DNA of 33,950 nucleotides from a virus (Duplodnaviria; Caudoviricetes), in IMG/VR virus record IMGVR_UViG_3300030376_001422, positions 1-33,950 of that record; one strand, given 5' to 3'. Position numbers and translations under genes: made by a program. Position 1 is the first letter of the stretch, and each line of letters begins with the position of its first letter. Shown here piece by piece: positions 18,459 through 26,681 of the stretch. The notes beneath the pieces are model-generated. The model had not been told where the DNA came from and ran no database searches. It saw only the letters and a list, made by a program, of their open reading frames with translations.

Positions 18459-18829
18459 GTAAGGAGATAATGAAAGTACCATACATATAAATCTACAACG
18501 TAGTTTGTATGGCCTCATTATCTTCTTACAACAGCACACGAATAAAGGTTCTTAAACTAAGGGGTTTAGGAACTATCAGGATTCCCTTGACGAAGGGGAT
18601 AAGGAGCAAGGAGATTTGTGGCGTTCTCAATACGTCTTAGACTTTCCCATTAGCTAAGATAGATATTGTACTAACTATCTCCTTGCAACTTCTTGTGTCC
18701 GAATAAATAAGTATTAAAACGGACACAGAGTGTAGGTAAATAAATAGGTATTAATTAACCTACGAATAAATCTATCAATCATAACGCAAAAGAATTGCAA
18801 GGCACGCTTCGCTTAAACACCTTGCAATT
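18459..18829 (+). other. Non-coding chain of consecutive hairpins (structured RNA, processing sites or origin)
   Basis: Stems 18459-73/18515-29, 18606-15/18677-86, 18694-701/18720-27, 18732-37/18758-63, 18793-802/18820-29. Confidence 0.7.
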
Positions 18830-18853
18830 ATTGTGCTTATATGATTTGATAGG

Positions 18854-18867
18854 TTGCATAAGTGCAA
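18854..18867. promoter_or_regulatory. Putative operator TTGCA-N4-TGCAA (copy 1)
   Basis: TTGCATAAGTGCAA, 30 nt upstream of the DUF932 start, just after TTGATA. Confidence 0.6.
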
Positions 18868-18896
18868 TAAATATATTCATTAAAAGGAGAGAGAAA

Positions 18897-19799
18897 ATGG
18901 ATGGAACTTTTAATTGGTCAGTCTACAATAAGAAACTACTTCAAGCTGAGAATGTTTGTGATAGTTCAGACTATAACTTTGGATATGAGTGGAAAGAATT
19001 ATCTGCTGATGGTGTACCTATACCAACTAGATTGGGCAGGGCATTAGTCAGAAAAGATAATGGCATGACACTTGGTATTCATAAATCTAAATATGTACCT
19101 GTTAAACATGAGTCTGTTGTAGATAGTGTACTTGAAACAGTAGAGAAGTTAGACTGTGGAAAAACATATACAACAATAGAAGTGTTTGAAGAAGGCAGGA
19201 AACTAAGAGGTCAGATATACTTTGATGATGTAACTATTGAACCTCAGATTGGTGATGTCATTGGATACACTATAGACTTTAGAAATTCTTATGATGGAAC
19301 ATGGAAGTTAGCAATGGCAGGGGAAGGAAAGAGAATCTTCTGTCTCAATACTATGACACACGGCATGAGGTTGAGTGAGAATATAATCAAGCATACTATA
19401 TCTGCTTCTGTTGCTGATACATCTGAGAAACTAAAGATGGCTATGGAAACATTTGTTAATAGTGAAGATACATATAAGAGAATGATTGAATCTAAACAAG
19501 ATGAGACAACAGCTAAAGAATTACTTGAGCGTTATTTGTGTAGGATGCCAACCAAATCAGGCAATCCTAAAACAAATGATGTTCAATTAGAAATTGTTTG
19601 TGGTCAGTTGCAAAAAGAAAGAGCAATGCTAGGCGGCAATCAATGGGCTACCTATAACACAGCTACACATTGGGCTACCCATACACCTAAGGGAGAGAAT
19701 GACAGGAAGCGAAACGAAACTGTTGTAGGTAGATTAAATGATGCGACTACTAGGCATCTAAAAGTTGAGCAGTTAAAGGATGCGTTAGCATACGCATAA
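18897..19799 (+). CDS. DUF932 (TIGR03299/UPF0380-like) protein, 300 aa
   Basis: LGIHKSKY.PV.H, NSYDGT, RIFCLNTM, KHT, NQWATYNTATHWATH motifs; AAGGAG RBS before the ATG at 18897. Confidence 0.85.
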   Translation: MDGTFNWSVYNKKLLQAENVCDSSDYNFGYEWKELSADGVPIPTRLGRALVRKDNGMTLGIHKSKYVPVKHESVVDSVLETVEKLDCGKTYTTIEVFEEGRKLRGQIYFDDVTIEPQIGDVIGYTIDFRNSYDGTWKLAMAGEGKRIFCLNTMTHGMRLSENIIKHTISASVADTSEKLKMAMETFVNSEDTYKRMIESKQDETTAKELLERYLCRMPTKSGNPKTNDVQLEIVCGQLQKERAMLGGNQWATYNTATHWATHTPKGENDRKRNETVVGRLNDATTRHLKVEQLKDALAYA

Positions 19800-19964
19800 G
19801 AGTTAAGGAGATAATGGAATCCCTTATAGTACATGTAAAGCTCCTCAGGAGTTTTGTATGGTTTCATTATCTTCTTATTAAGACGAGGGAAGCATGGAGT
19901 TTTGTGTCATGGCTTATCTGTGCTTCCCTCTACATGACACCAAGCCATGCAAAAGGAGAGAGCA

Positions 19965-20144
19965 ATGATATCTAGGGCTAATGAAATCAGAAAGCTACAG
20001 TTTATGGATAGGCTAGATAACTGGTTAGACAATCAGATAGGTGAACACAATCCTTTTATGAAAGAATGGAGCTATACATTTGAAGAGGATAACAACCAAC
20101 TTAAACTTAATTTACTTATAGATATAGAAGGAGAGATAGAATGA
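19965..20144 (+). CDS. Hypothetical protein
   Basis: AAGGAGAG RBS favours the start at 19965; ATGA coupling to the next gene. Confidence 0.65.
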   Translation: MISRANEIRKLQFMDRLDNWLDNQIGEHNPFMKEWSYTFEEDNNQLKLNLLIDIEGEIE

Positions 20145-20389
20145 GTGTAGAATTTACAAGAAAGTTTAGTCCAGAAGAACTTGGCAATAAGTTAGGCCAT
20201 TTGTTTAGCGACCCCCAATCTATTATGACTGCATCAGAAATACTTTATAAAGAAAACCCAATCGCACAAGCAGAGTTCTTTATTGAAGGTAGCAAAGCAT
20301 GGGAAGTATCTATGAGTATCCAAGCAGAGATTGCTAAAGGTATAGAAGATACTTTATTAAATGCAAAGGGGATGAAGTATGAAACCTAG
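20141..20389 (+). CDS. Hypothetical protein
   Basis: RBS and coupled overlap in the early operon. Confidence 0.65.
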   Translation: MSVEFTRKFSPEELGNKLGHLFSDPQSIMTASEILYKENPIAQAEFFIEGSKAWEVSMSIQAEIAKGIEDTLLNAKGMKYET

Positions 20390-20690
20390 TGGAGAATATA
20401 CACAAGAAAATTTTGTAAGGTATCATAGAGATAACCCTCATATATGGGAAGGCTTTATTAAGTATACTATGCAAGTAGCTTCCAAACGAGATTACTTCTC
20501 AGCCAAAGCTGTGTTTCATAGAATGAGATGGGATACAGCAATCGGAGAAGATGGAGCAGATTATAAACTAAATGACGGATGGATTAGTCATTATGCTCGT
20601 AAGTTTATGGATGAGTTCCCTCAGTATGAAGGGTTCTTCCAAACTCGGAGTCGTAAATATAGTTACTTTAATGAAGGAGAGGAATCATGA
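20379..20690 (+). CDS. Conserved phage hypothetical protein
   Basis: H.DNPHIW..F...RMRW...YKLND....HYAR.F....P...FF.TR pattern. Confidence 0.75.
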   Translation: MKPSGEYTQENFVRYHRDNPHIWEGFIKYTMQVASKRDYFSAKAVFHRMRWDTAIGEDGADYKLNDGWISHYARKFMDEFPQYEGFFQTRSRKYSYFNEGEES

Positions 20691-20875
20691 GTACAGAATC
20701 AAGAAGCATAAGAGAAATCTTAATGGCTATTGAAGAAATGTCAGAGAAATATAACCTGGCTTTTAATATATCTACAATACAGAACAAACAAGTTCATGTT
20801 AAGTTTGATATTAAAACAACACAACCTGCTTTCAATGATGACGATATTATTGATAGCCTAAGAGATGGGATTTAA
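20687..20875 (+). CDS. Hypothetical protein
   Basis: GGAGAGG RBS, ATGA overlap. Confidence 0.6.
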   Translation: MSTESRSIREILMAIEEMSEKYNLAFNISTIQNKQVHVKFDIKTTQPAFNDDDIIDSLRDGI

Positions 20876-21263
20876 TATGATGGTTGATATATATCCTAAA
20901 TATAAAATGGAATTATTAGACAAGCTAAGTCATAACTCAAAGATGGTTCTTGTATGTATAGCAGTTCTTCAGAATAAAATGAGGCAAGCTAATGTCCATA
21001 CTATTATGGAGTCTCTTAACATGGAGCATCCTATTGTTAATAGTTGTTTAACTATTCTTAAAAGAAGAGAGCTTATTACTGCGAAGAGATGCCCAACCTT
21101 CTTCAAAGATGTTATAGATTTAACAGAGCGTGGAAGAGATACTATCAAGGCATTGCATAATACACTTGCAAATGTGCAAGACGATAGTGTAGAAGAAGAG
21201 TATGCAAACATATCTGGACAGTCTAATAATCAATTCCAAAGCGAGAGGAGTGCCGTTACCTGA
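20865..21263 (+). CDS. Winged-helix (MarR-like) DNA-binding protein
   Basis: Helix pattern followed by LKRRELI...IDLTERGR wing motif. Confidence 0.6.
   Translation: MGFNMMVDIYPKYKMELLDKLSHNSKMVLVCIAVLQNKMRQANVHTIMESLNMEHPIVNSCLTILKRRELITAKRCPTFFKDVIDLTERGRDTIKALHNTLANVQDDSVEEEYANISGQSNNQFQSERSAVT
21166..21179. promoter_or_regulatory. Putative operator TTGCA-N4-TGCAA (copy 2)
   Basis: cTTGCAAATGTGCAAg, 22 nt upstream of the HTH gene start. Confidence 0.55.
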
Positions 21264-21435
21264 GGCATTTGAATTTGCAGGGATACCTTACTCTACCTAT
21301 TACAGAAGTTTAAGAGGAACAGAGTTAAGGTATTCTACTGCAATGAAAGTAGACAAAGCTATTAGACAATTAGCTAAAGGCAAAAGGAGAGAGACTAATG
21401 CCAAGCAAAAGCAAAATAAAAGGGAGCTATCATGA
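21202..21435 (+). CDS. Cro/XRE-like helix-turn-helix regulator
   Basis: LPEAFEFAGIPYSTYYRSLRG.ELRYSTAMKV. Confidence 0.75.
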   Translation: MQTYLDSLIINSKARGVPLPEAFEFAGIPYSTYYRSLRGTELRYSTAMKVDKAIRQLAKGKRRETNAKQKQNKRELS

Positions 21436-21808
21436 AAGATGGTTCCTCAAATGGCTAACTGAATTAGGTTTTTCTGTTAAGAAACAACCACTTAGTGGCT
21501 CACTAGGTGGTGAATATTCAGGTGACTTAGTTGTAGATATATTAGATGAGAAATTAATTACAGAGATAAAGTACAGAGACGCATCAAGTTTCCCCAATGC
21601 GTTCTCTGTGCTTGAAGGAAGAGACATAGCTTTCTTCAAAAGAAAAGTAGGCAAGCCTAAGACCTGCCTTATTATTGATGGGGATGTATTCGAAAGACTA
21701 TGGAAAAAGTTAGGCAATCATGTTGCCAATGATTTACTAGAGTCTCATAAACAATATCTTGAAAAACATTATAAAGGAGAGAGTAATGAAAAAGATACAA
21801 TGGAATAA
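21398..21808 (+). CDS. Hjc-like PD-(D/E)XK nuclease / Holliday junction resolvase
   Basis: KGSYHER...PLSG...GDL...EIK motif. Confidence 0.85.
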   Translation: MPSKSKIKGSYHERWFLKWLTELGFSVKKQPLSGSLGGEYSGDLVVDILDEKLITEIKYRDASSFPNAFSVLEGRDIAFFKRKVGKPKTCLIIDGDVFERLWKKLGNHVANDLLESHKQYLEKHYKGESNEKDTME

Positions 21809-22352
21809 TGTTACACCTATAAGAAAAGAAGGTGGCATAAGTGAACCAATGATAGATGCTATTGAACAACATCATATCGTAATTAAAATGACGGAAGAAT
21901 TTATTAGACCACCTTATGAGAACGATAGGCTTCTCAAAGAGGAGTTAGATTCTATACCTAAAGCAAAGTTCTTATCAACTAAGAACACAATCAAGTTTGA
22001 ATCAAATAATAAGGAGGCTGTAATTAAGGCATGGAGACTTGTTAAACAATTTCTTGTACCTCAACGTAAGGAAAGTCTTTTTGCACAGCTCACGGCCCTG
22101 CAATTCCTTTTAAAACGCCCTTATGGCGAGGATAATAAGTCAAGGCATAAGAGATTGGAGATATTAGCTGATAGTTTAAGCACATTTCCTGCTGATTGTG
22201 TAGCTTATGCCATTAAAATTATACCTACAAAACCAGAGATAGCACCCAACTATCCTTACCTTGTAGATTTCGTTAATCAATTTAGAAGTTCTTATAATTT
22301 TAGATGTGCTTTGCGTAATAAAATTGAGCAGGTTGCAAAATCAATAGATTGA
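21786..22352 (+). CDS. Hypothetical protein, possibly replication accessory (helicase loader/inhibitor-like C-terminus)
   Basis: GGAGAG RBS; C-terminal L..FPADCVAYA....P pattern; function is a guess. Confidence 0.55.
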   Translation: MKKIQWNNVTPIRKEGGISEPMIDAIEQHHIVIKMTEEFIRPPYENDRLLKEELDSIPKAKFLSTKNTIKFESNNKEAVIKAWRLVKQFLVPQRKESLFAQLTALQFLLKRPYGEDNKSRHKRLEILADSLSTFPADCVAYAIKIIPTKPEIAPNYPYLVDFVNQFRSSYNFRCALRNKIEQVAKSID

Positions 22353-22377
22353 CTTCGTTGCACTTATGCAATAGAAG
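22349..22377 (+). promoter_or_regulatory. Sigma70-like promoter with operator copy 3 in its spacer
   Basis: TTGACT-17 nt-TAGAAG; spacer holds TTGCACTTATGCAA (22358-22371), the exact reverse complement of copy 1. Confidence 0.65.
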
Positions 22378-22463
22378 TTTAAATAGTTAGGGTAGATTTA
22401 TATTTTACCATGCCTGTGTAAAACATTTGCTCGGTCTACCCTAACACAACAAAGGAGAGAGAG

Positions 22464-23282
22464 ATGGAACGTAAAGGTTTCTTAGGCGGCAGTGATGCCG
22501 TTAGAATTATGAATGGTGACTGGCACCAACTTTGGCTAGAGAAAACTGGCAGAGTAGAACCAGAAGATTTATCAGATAACTTTGCAGTACAGATGGGAGT
22601 TATGTCTGAGCCATTTAACTTACAATGGTTTTATAAAACATACACAATGTTATCTGCATTTGATTCACAGTTTTGTGAGTTTATATCTGGCTTCCTTCGT
22701 GGTCATGTTGATGGTCTTATACATACAGATGATAACAATTATGCAGGTATAGAGTGTAAGCATACCCATCAGTTCAACACAATGAACAAGCAACTTGTTA
22801 GATATATGCCACAACTTCAATTCTATTTATACTTAATGGGAGAAAGGTATACCCATAGTAGAGTAGATGGCATGTACTTCTCAAACATATTTGGAAACAA
22901 TAGATGGGAGTGTGTTCATGTAGCACCTGACTATGAATACCAGAAAGAAATAATAACAGAATGTTCTAAGTTCTGGCAATTTGTAACAGAAGATAAAGAA
23001 CCAGAAGATAGAGAAGGGCAGTTTGAACCTGAGAAAAAGATAGATGCTATAGCTATAGATAAGCTAGTGGCTAAAGATATGAATGGGAACAACTACTTTA
23101 GCGAACTCTCTGCTAAATATATAAAGCAAGAGAGTTCAGCTAAAGAGTTTGAGGCAACCAAGAAAGAGATTAAAACTCTTATTGGTGAGCAAGAGAGAGA
23201 GGTTTATAATGATAAGATAAGCCTCAAGAAAGATAAACGAGGAGCAATCCGAATCACAATTAAAGGAGAGAGTGATGAGTGA
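22464..23282 (+). CDS. YqaJ-like (lambda exo family) exonuclease
   Basis: RKGFLGGSD, LWLEKTGR, GHVDG, IECK, Y.PQLQFY motifs. Confidence 0.92.
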   Translation: MERKGFLGGSDAVRIMNGDWHQLWLEKTGRVEPEDLSDNFAVQMGVMSEPFNLQWFYKTYTMLSAFDSQFCEFISGFLRGHVDGLIHTDDNNYAGIECKHTHQFNTMNKQLVRYMPQLQFYLYLMGERYTHSRVDGMYFSNIFGNNRWECVHVAPDYEYQKEIITECSKFWQFVTEDKEPEDREGQFEPEKKIDAIAIDKLVAKDMNGNNYFSELSAKYIKQESSAKEFEATKKEIKTLIGEQEREVYNDKISLKKDKRGAIRITIKGESDE

Positions 23283-23799
23283 AGTTAAAAAGAAACAACC
23301 TAAAGATGTAGATTTAGAAAGGTCTTTAGAAATTAAAGAGAACATGACCTATTGGAATAGGATTTGTAAGTCTGACCCAAAGTCTCTTAAGCCAGTATCA
23401 TTTGGTGCAAGAAAGTTTACATCAATAGACCCACAATACCAGATAAAAAAGATGACAGAAACTTTTGGTCCAGTAGGTAAAGGTTGGGGATACGAAGTAG
23501 AGTATGATTATCCAACGGCAGGTACAACTGTTGTAGTTATAGCTAAAGTTACAATATGGTGGACTGCTACTATTTATGATTGGGCAAATAAGTTTAGCTA
23601 TGGACCAGTAGGAGGTTCAAGAACTCTTATGTCTGATGGTATGAAAAGACCAAACGAGGAAGCCGCCAAGATGGCAATGACAGATGCTTTAACTAAAGCA
23701 CTATCACATCTTGGTTGTGATGCTGATATCTTCTTAGGCAAGCAAGATGGAAGCAAGTATGTCGCTGACGACAAGAAAAATAATGACAACCCATTTTAA
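23272..23799 (+). CDS. Sak/Rad52-like single-strand annealing protein
   Basis: SID.QY.....TETFGP.G.GW and AKMAMTDALTKALSHLG..AD motifs; adjacent to the exonuclease. Confidence 0.8.
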   Translation: MMSEVKKKQPKDVDLERSLEIKENMTYWNRICKSDPKSLKPVSFGARKFTSIDPQYQIKKMTETFGPVGKGWGYEVEYDYPTAGTTVVVIAKVTIWWTATIYDWANKFSYGPVGGSRTLMSDGMKRPNEEAAKMAMTDALTKALSHLGCDADIFLGKQDGSKYVADDKKNNDNPF

Positions 23800-23808
23800 G
23801 GAGAAACA

Positions 23809-24222
23809 ATGTCAGATTATGATAACACAAATACTGCCGCTATATTTACTGTAGACCCTGATAAGACTAAACTTGTTGGTGTAGGTAAGTGGGATGATGA
23901 AGGCTTTAATAAAAGAATTATCCTAGTAAAAGAAACTTACCCTGATGGCAACGAGCATAGGGAACTCTATGCAAAGGTTGGCAGGTTATACGAGAACAAT
24001 GTTACTAGCGAAAACTCACCAAAGTATAGTGGTCCTATATCTACAGATAGAGGAGACAAGAGAATAGCTTGTTGGCAAAAAGAAACTGCTAGAGGTACAG
24101 TTCTTTCAATGAAGATAGAGGAGAAGAAGGAATATATAAGTCCTAAACAAGCCGCAGAAGAAACGGCTAAGTTTACTAATAGCAGGGTTGACGCAGATGA
24201 TGATGATGTCGTACCATTCTGA
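23809..24222 (+). CDS. Single-stranded DNA-binding-like protein
   Basis: SPKYSG...IACW...LSMKI and acidic C-terminal tail DDDDVVPF. Confidence 0.7.
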   Translation: MSDYDNTNTAAIFTVDPDKTKLVGVGKWDDEGFNKRIILVKETYPDGNEHRELYAKVGRLYENNVTSENSPKYSGPISTDRGDKRIACWQKETARGTVLSMKIEEKKEYISPKQAAEETAKFTNSRVDADDDDVVPF

Positions 24223-24241
24223 ATCTTTCTCCCTAAAGATA

Positions 24242-24276
24242 GGCAAGGTGGTATCTCTCCAACGCTCCACCTTGCC
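24242..24276 (+). terminator. Hairpin after the SSB-like gene
   Basis: GGCAAGGTGG/CCACCTTGCC 10-bp stem; no clear U-tract. Confidence 0.45.
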
Positions 24277-24284
24277 AACAAACC

Positions 24285-24497
24285 ATGACCTTTATCACAT
24301 ACATTGCTGTACTTATAACTTCTAGTCTACAGATTGTAGCACTAGAGTTTGAGGATAAAGACTTGTGTGTACAAATGGTGAAGCATTTAAACTATGGTCG
24401 TTTGGAAGGGAACTGTTATGAAAGATATAGGTATATCAAACTCCCTCCAGACAGACCAAAGTTCCTGAGGAAATTAGAAAAAAACGAGGAAATTTAA
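24285..24497 (+). CDS. Hypothetical protein with hydrophobic N-terminus
   Basis: ORF track; F...LC...C motif. Confidence 0.55.
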   Translation: MTFITYIAVLITSSLQIVALEFEDKDLCVQMVKHLNYGRLEGNCYERYRYIKLPPDRPKFLRKLEKNEEI

Positions 24498-24498
24498 T

Positions 24499-24855
24499 AT
24501 GGATGAAGATAAGTATTGGCAAACTAATACAGAAGAAAAGCAAAGCAATTATATAATATCTACTTTGGTGCATGCTTTATTTACAAACAAAAAGTTTAAA
24601 GAAAGATTTCAAAATGAATTTGAAGAATTGATAGCAGTGCATGAACATTACTCTTCACATATTAAATATTCAAAGTCTAACTTTCTTGATTTTAAAGAAG
24701 TTATAGATATAACAGGCTTGGCTCGTGGAACTATTTATTTACAAATGAAAGAAGGGATGTTTCCTAAACCAATAAAGATAGGCAAAAGAAGAATAGTCTG
24801 GACTCCTGAATCTATACAAGGATGGATAGATAACTTAGTAAAGAATAATGAGTAA
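24499..24855 (+). CDS. alpA: AlpA-family HTH regulator with N-terminal extension
   Basis: EVIDITGLARGTIY..MKEG.FPKPIKIG.R...W....I..WI. Confidence 0.9.
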   Translation: MDEDKYWQTNTEEKQSNYIISTLVHALFTNKKFKERFQNEFEELIAVHEHYSSHIKYSKSNFLDFKEVIDITGLARGTIYLQMKEGMFPKPIKIGKRRIVWTPESIQGWIDNLVKNNE

Positions 24856-25066
24856 AATATTTCAAGGGCAAGACCAGAAGGGCAAGGTAATAATCCAATG
24901 CCCTCATTGCAAAATGATGCACCATCTAGGCCACATACAATTTAAAAACATTAGATGTAAATGCGGAGAGCGTATTAACAACCCTGAGGTTGAGCGTCAT
25001 GTAGATATATTAAATGAGGAATGGGATAGGATGAAATCTAAATGGCAAAGAAACAAAAAAGAATAA
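24848..25066 (+). CDS. Small zinc-ribbon protein
   Basis: CPHC...CKCG. Confidence 0.65.
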   Translation: MSKIFQGQDQKGKVIIQCPHCKMMHHLGHIQFKNIRCKCGERINNPEVERHVDILNEEWDRMKSKWQRNKKE

Positions 25067-25242
25067 CAGATATAGCAGATAGAATGGACTCCGTTTATTC
25101 TGGTGTAGATAGAGCAATTAAATATGAGATAGATTCTTTGAACTCTGTGATTAAAAAATTATTGAAAGATAATTCTCAGAAAGAAAAGATGATACAGAAA
25201 CTTAAAAGGAAACTAAATGGAAAAGCAACAAGTTATAATTAA
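25042..25242 (+). CDS. Small coiled-coil hypothetical protein
   Basis: ORF track; operon packing. Confidence 0.6.
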   Translation: MAKKQKRITDIADRMDSVYSGVDRAIKYEIDSLNSVIKKLLKDNSQKEKMIQKLKRKLNGKATSYN

Positions 25243-25447
25243 TGAGTGGAAGTGTTCTCGGTGTGGAGAGTCAGCAGTAATAAAAACTAACAAGAAGTAT
25301 TACTGCTCTCCGTGTTCTCAACTGTTTCGCAAAAGAGAAGATAAAGCCATTGTTCAGGAGGAGCAGACTCAAAAGGTATCTCGTCTACACATTCTTCAAA
25401 GCCTAAACTTAACTGAAGAGGAGCTTCACTTGTTGAGTTCAAAGTGA
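25217..25447 (+). CDS. Small zinc-finger protein
   Basis: CSRC...YCSPC; AAGGA RBS. Confidence 0.6.
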   Translation: MEKQQVIINEWKCSRCGESAVIKTNKKYYCSPCSQLFRKREDKAIVQEEQTQKVSRLHILQSLNLTEEELHLLSSK

Positions 25448-25905
25448 GGTCCATCAAAAAAAGGTCTCTGTTTTAAATTACGCTTGTAGTCTATGTATGA
25501 TAGGTATGCTTCTTCCATACTCTTATCCCACTTAGCTAAGTCAGACACAGACCAAGCACCACCCCATCTAACACGAAAACCTTTTGTATCTATTTCTTTA
25601 CATGCTGATTGTATAGCATCAGCAACATCATCATATACATTTACTTCCCAACACACATCTCCATCTACATAAGCAACCAAGTCCACTGCCCAACTTGTCA
25701 TATCATCTTGAAGTAAGTGATAACTATTCATAGTCTGAGATTTACCAGACTCAACTAATTTCTTTTGAGTATCCAAAGTTCTTACCCCACATGAAACTCC
25801 AAAATCTACTTTAGTCTTAGTAATAGCTAGGTTTACTATATCTACAAGAACTGGGTTAACCCCTTCTAATCTTTCTATACTTCTACTTGATAATCTGAAT
25901 GTCAT
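25426..25905 (-). CDS. Endolysin, peptidase M15 (L-Ala-D-Glu peptidase-like)
   Basis: LS.RS..RLEGV, G.RT...Q, SYH, AVD, WGGAW, DGPHFEL. Confidence 0.92.
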   Translation of the reverse strand: MTFRLSSRSIERLEGVNPVLVDIVNLAITKTKVDFGVSCGVRTLDTQKKLVESGKSQTMNSYHLLQDDMTSWAVDLVAYVDGDVCWEVNVYDDVADAIQSACKEIDTKGFRVRWGGAWSVSDLAKWDKSMEEAYLSYIDYKRNLKQRPFFDGPHFELNK

Positions 25906-26267
25906 TTCTTTTTCCCTATTGGATTGAAAAATTTCTTAGCACTTCGTGTGGCGAATGATGCCGCAACAATACTGCCCAAACTTACCTGATACCAAGTCGG
26001 CATCCCAGAGAGAGCAAGGAAGCCGTCAGTTACTATCTGCCTACCCCACTCGCCACAGAAACATAATACCAAAGGTATAGAAAAAAGTACAGTCAACCAC
26101 TCATCTTTCCAAGAAGATTGACTAGCTCTCATTGCCGCCAAATCCCAATCAATTTCTCCTGTTGCTTCTTTCATCTTGATGGTAGCTTCTGCTTTTTGAA
26201 TAGCAGTCTTACCCTCAAGATAAGAAGAGGCTAGAGAACTAACTGATGTAAGTAGTGTACCTATCAT
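25902..26267 (-). CDS. Holin (GTA 3TM-holin-like)
   Basis: SWKDEW motif, hydrophobic helices, basic C-terminus, adjacent to the endolysin. Confidence 0.7.
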   Translation of the reverse strand: MIGTLLTSVSSLASSYLEGKTAIQKAEATIKMKEATGEIDWDLAAMRASQSSWKDEWLTVLFSIPLVLCFCGEWGRQIVTDGFLALSGMPTWYQVSLGSIVAASFATRSAKKFFNPIGKKK

Positions 26268-26338
26268 TTAGGTTTTTTTATTGGCTTCTTAGGTGGTCTA
26301 CCTTTCTTACTTCCGTAAGTTCCTTTCCCAGATGGCAT
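26264..26338 (-). CDS. 24-aa basic peptide MPSGKGTYGSKKGRPPKKPIKKPK
   Basis: AAGGAG RBS; ATGA coupling to the holin. Confidence 0.7.
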   Translation of the reverse strand: MPSGKGTYGSKKGRPPKKPIKKPK

Positions 26339-26364
26339 AGCAATCTCCTTTTTATTTTATAATA

Positions 26365-26475
26365 CTATTGTTTCTTTTTTCTTTCAACTCTTAAGCGAAT
26401 GTAATTAATTGTAGTATTAGCAGTTATCATTAACACAAGCCACAACTCCCAATAATGTATATAACCCCAAAGCAT
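26365..26475 (-). CDS. 36-aa membrane peptide
   Basis: MLWGYIHYWELWLVLMITANTTINYIRLRVERKKKQ; TAATG coupling. Confidence 0.5.
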   Translation of the reverse strand: MLWGYIHYWELWLVLMITANTTINYIRLRVERKKKQ

Positions 26476-26681
26476 TATTTCTTTTCACTCCCTAACCAAA
26501 GAGAGAAGCAAGCACTAAAGCAACCAAACACTACTGAACAAAAACCAGATTGCTCAATAGAAGGATTTTCTAAACTCATCATCCAGAGAGTAACTTGAAA
26601 ACACATGATAGTAATTGCTATCATCATTAAGCGAGGAAGTATTTTCCACCTCAAGAATCTTTCCATTGTAACTTCAGCCAT
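26475..26681 (-). CDS. Two-TM small membrane protein (holin-like)
   Basis: ILPRLMM...W.M.L..PS.EQSG; GGAGG RBS. Confidence 0.7.
   Translation of the reverse strand: MAEVTMERFLRWKILPRLMMIAITIMCFQVTLWMMSLENPSIEQSGFCSVVFGCFSACFSLWLGSEKK

Noticed and set aside
18795-18896. TTG-started N-terminal extension of DUF932
   Set aside because: The region holds a hairpin, operator and RBS; the ATG at 18897 is the better start.
24499-24855. AlpA as evidence of a prophage or integrative element
   Set aside because: No integrase, att site or host flanks seen.
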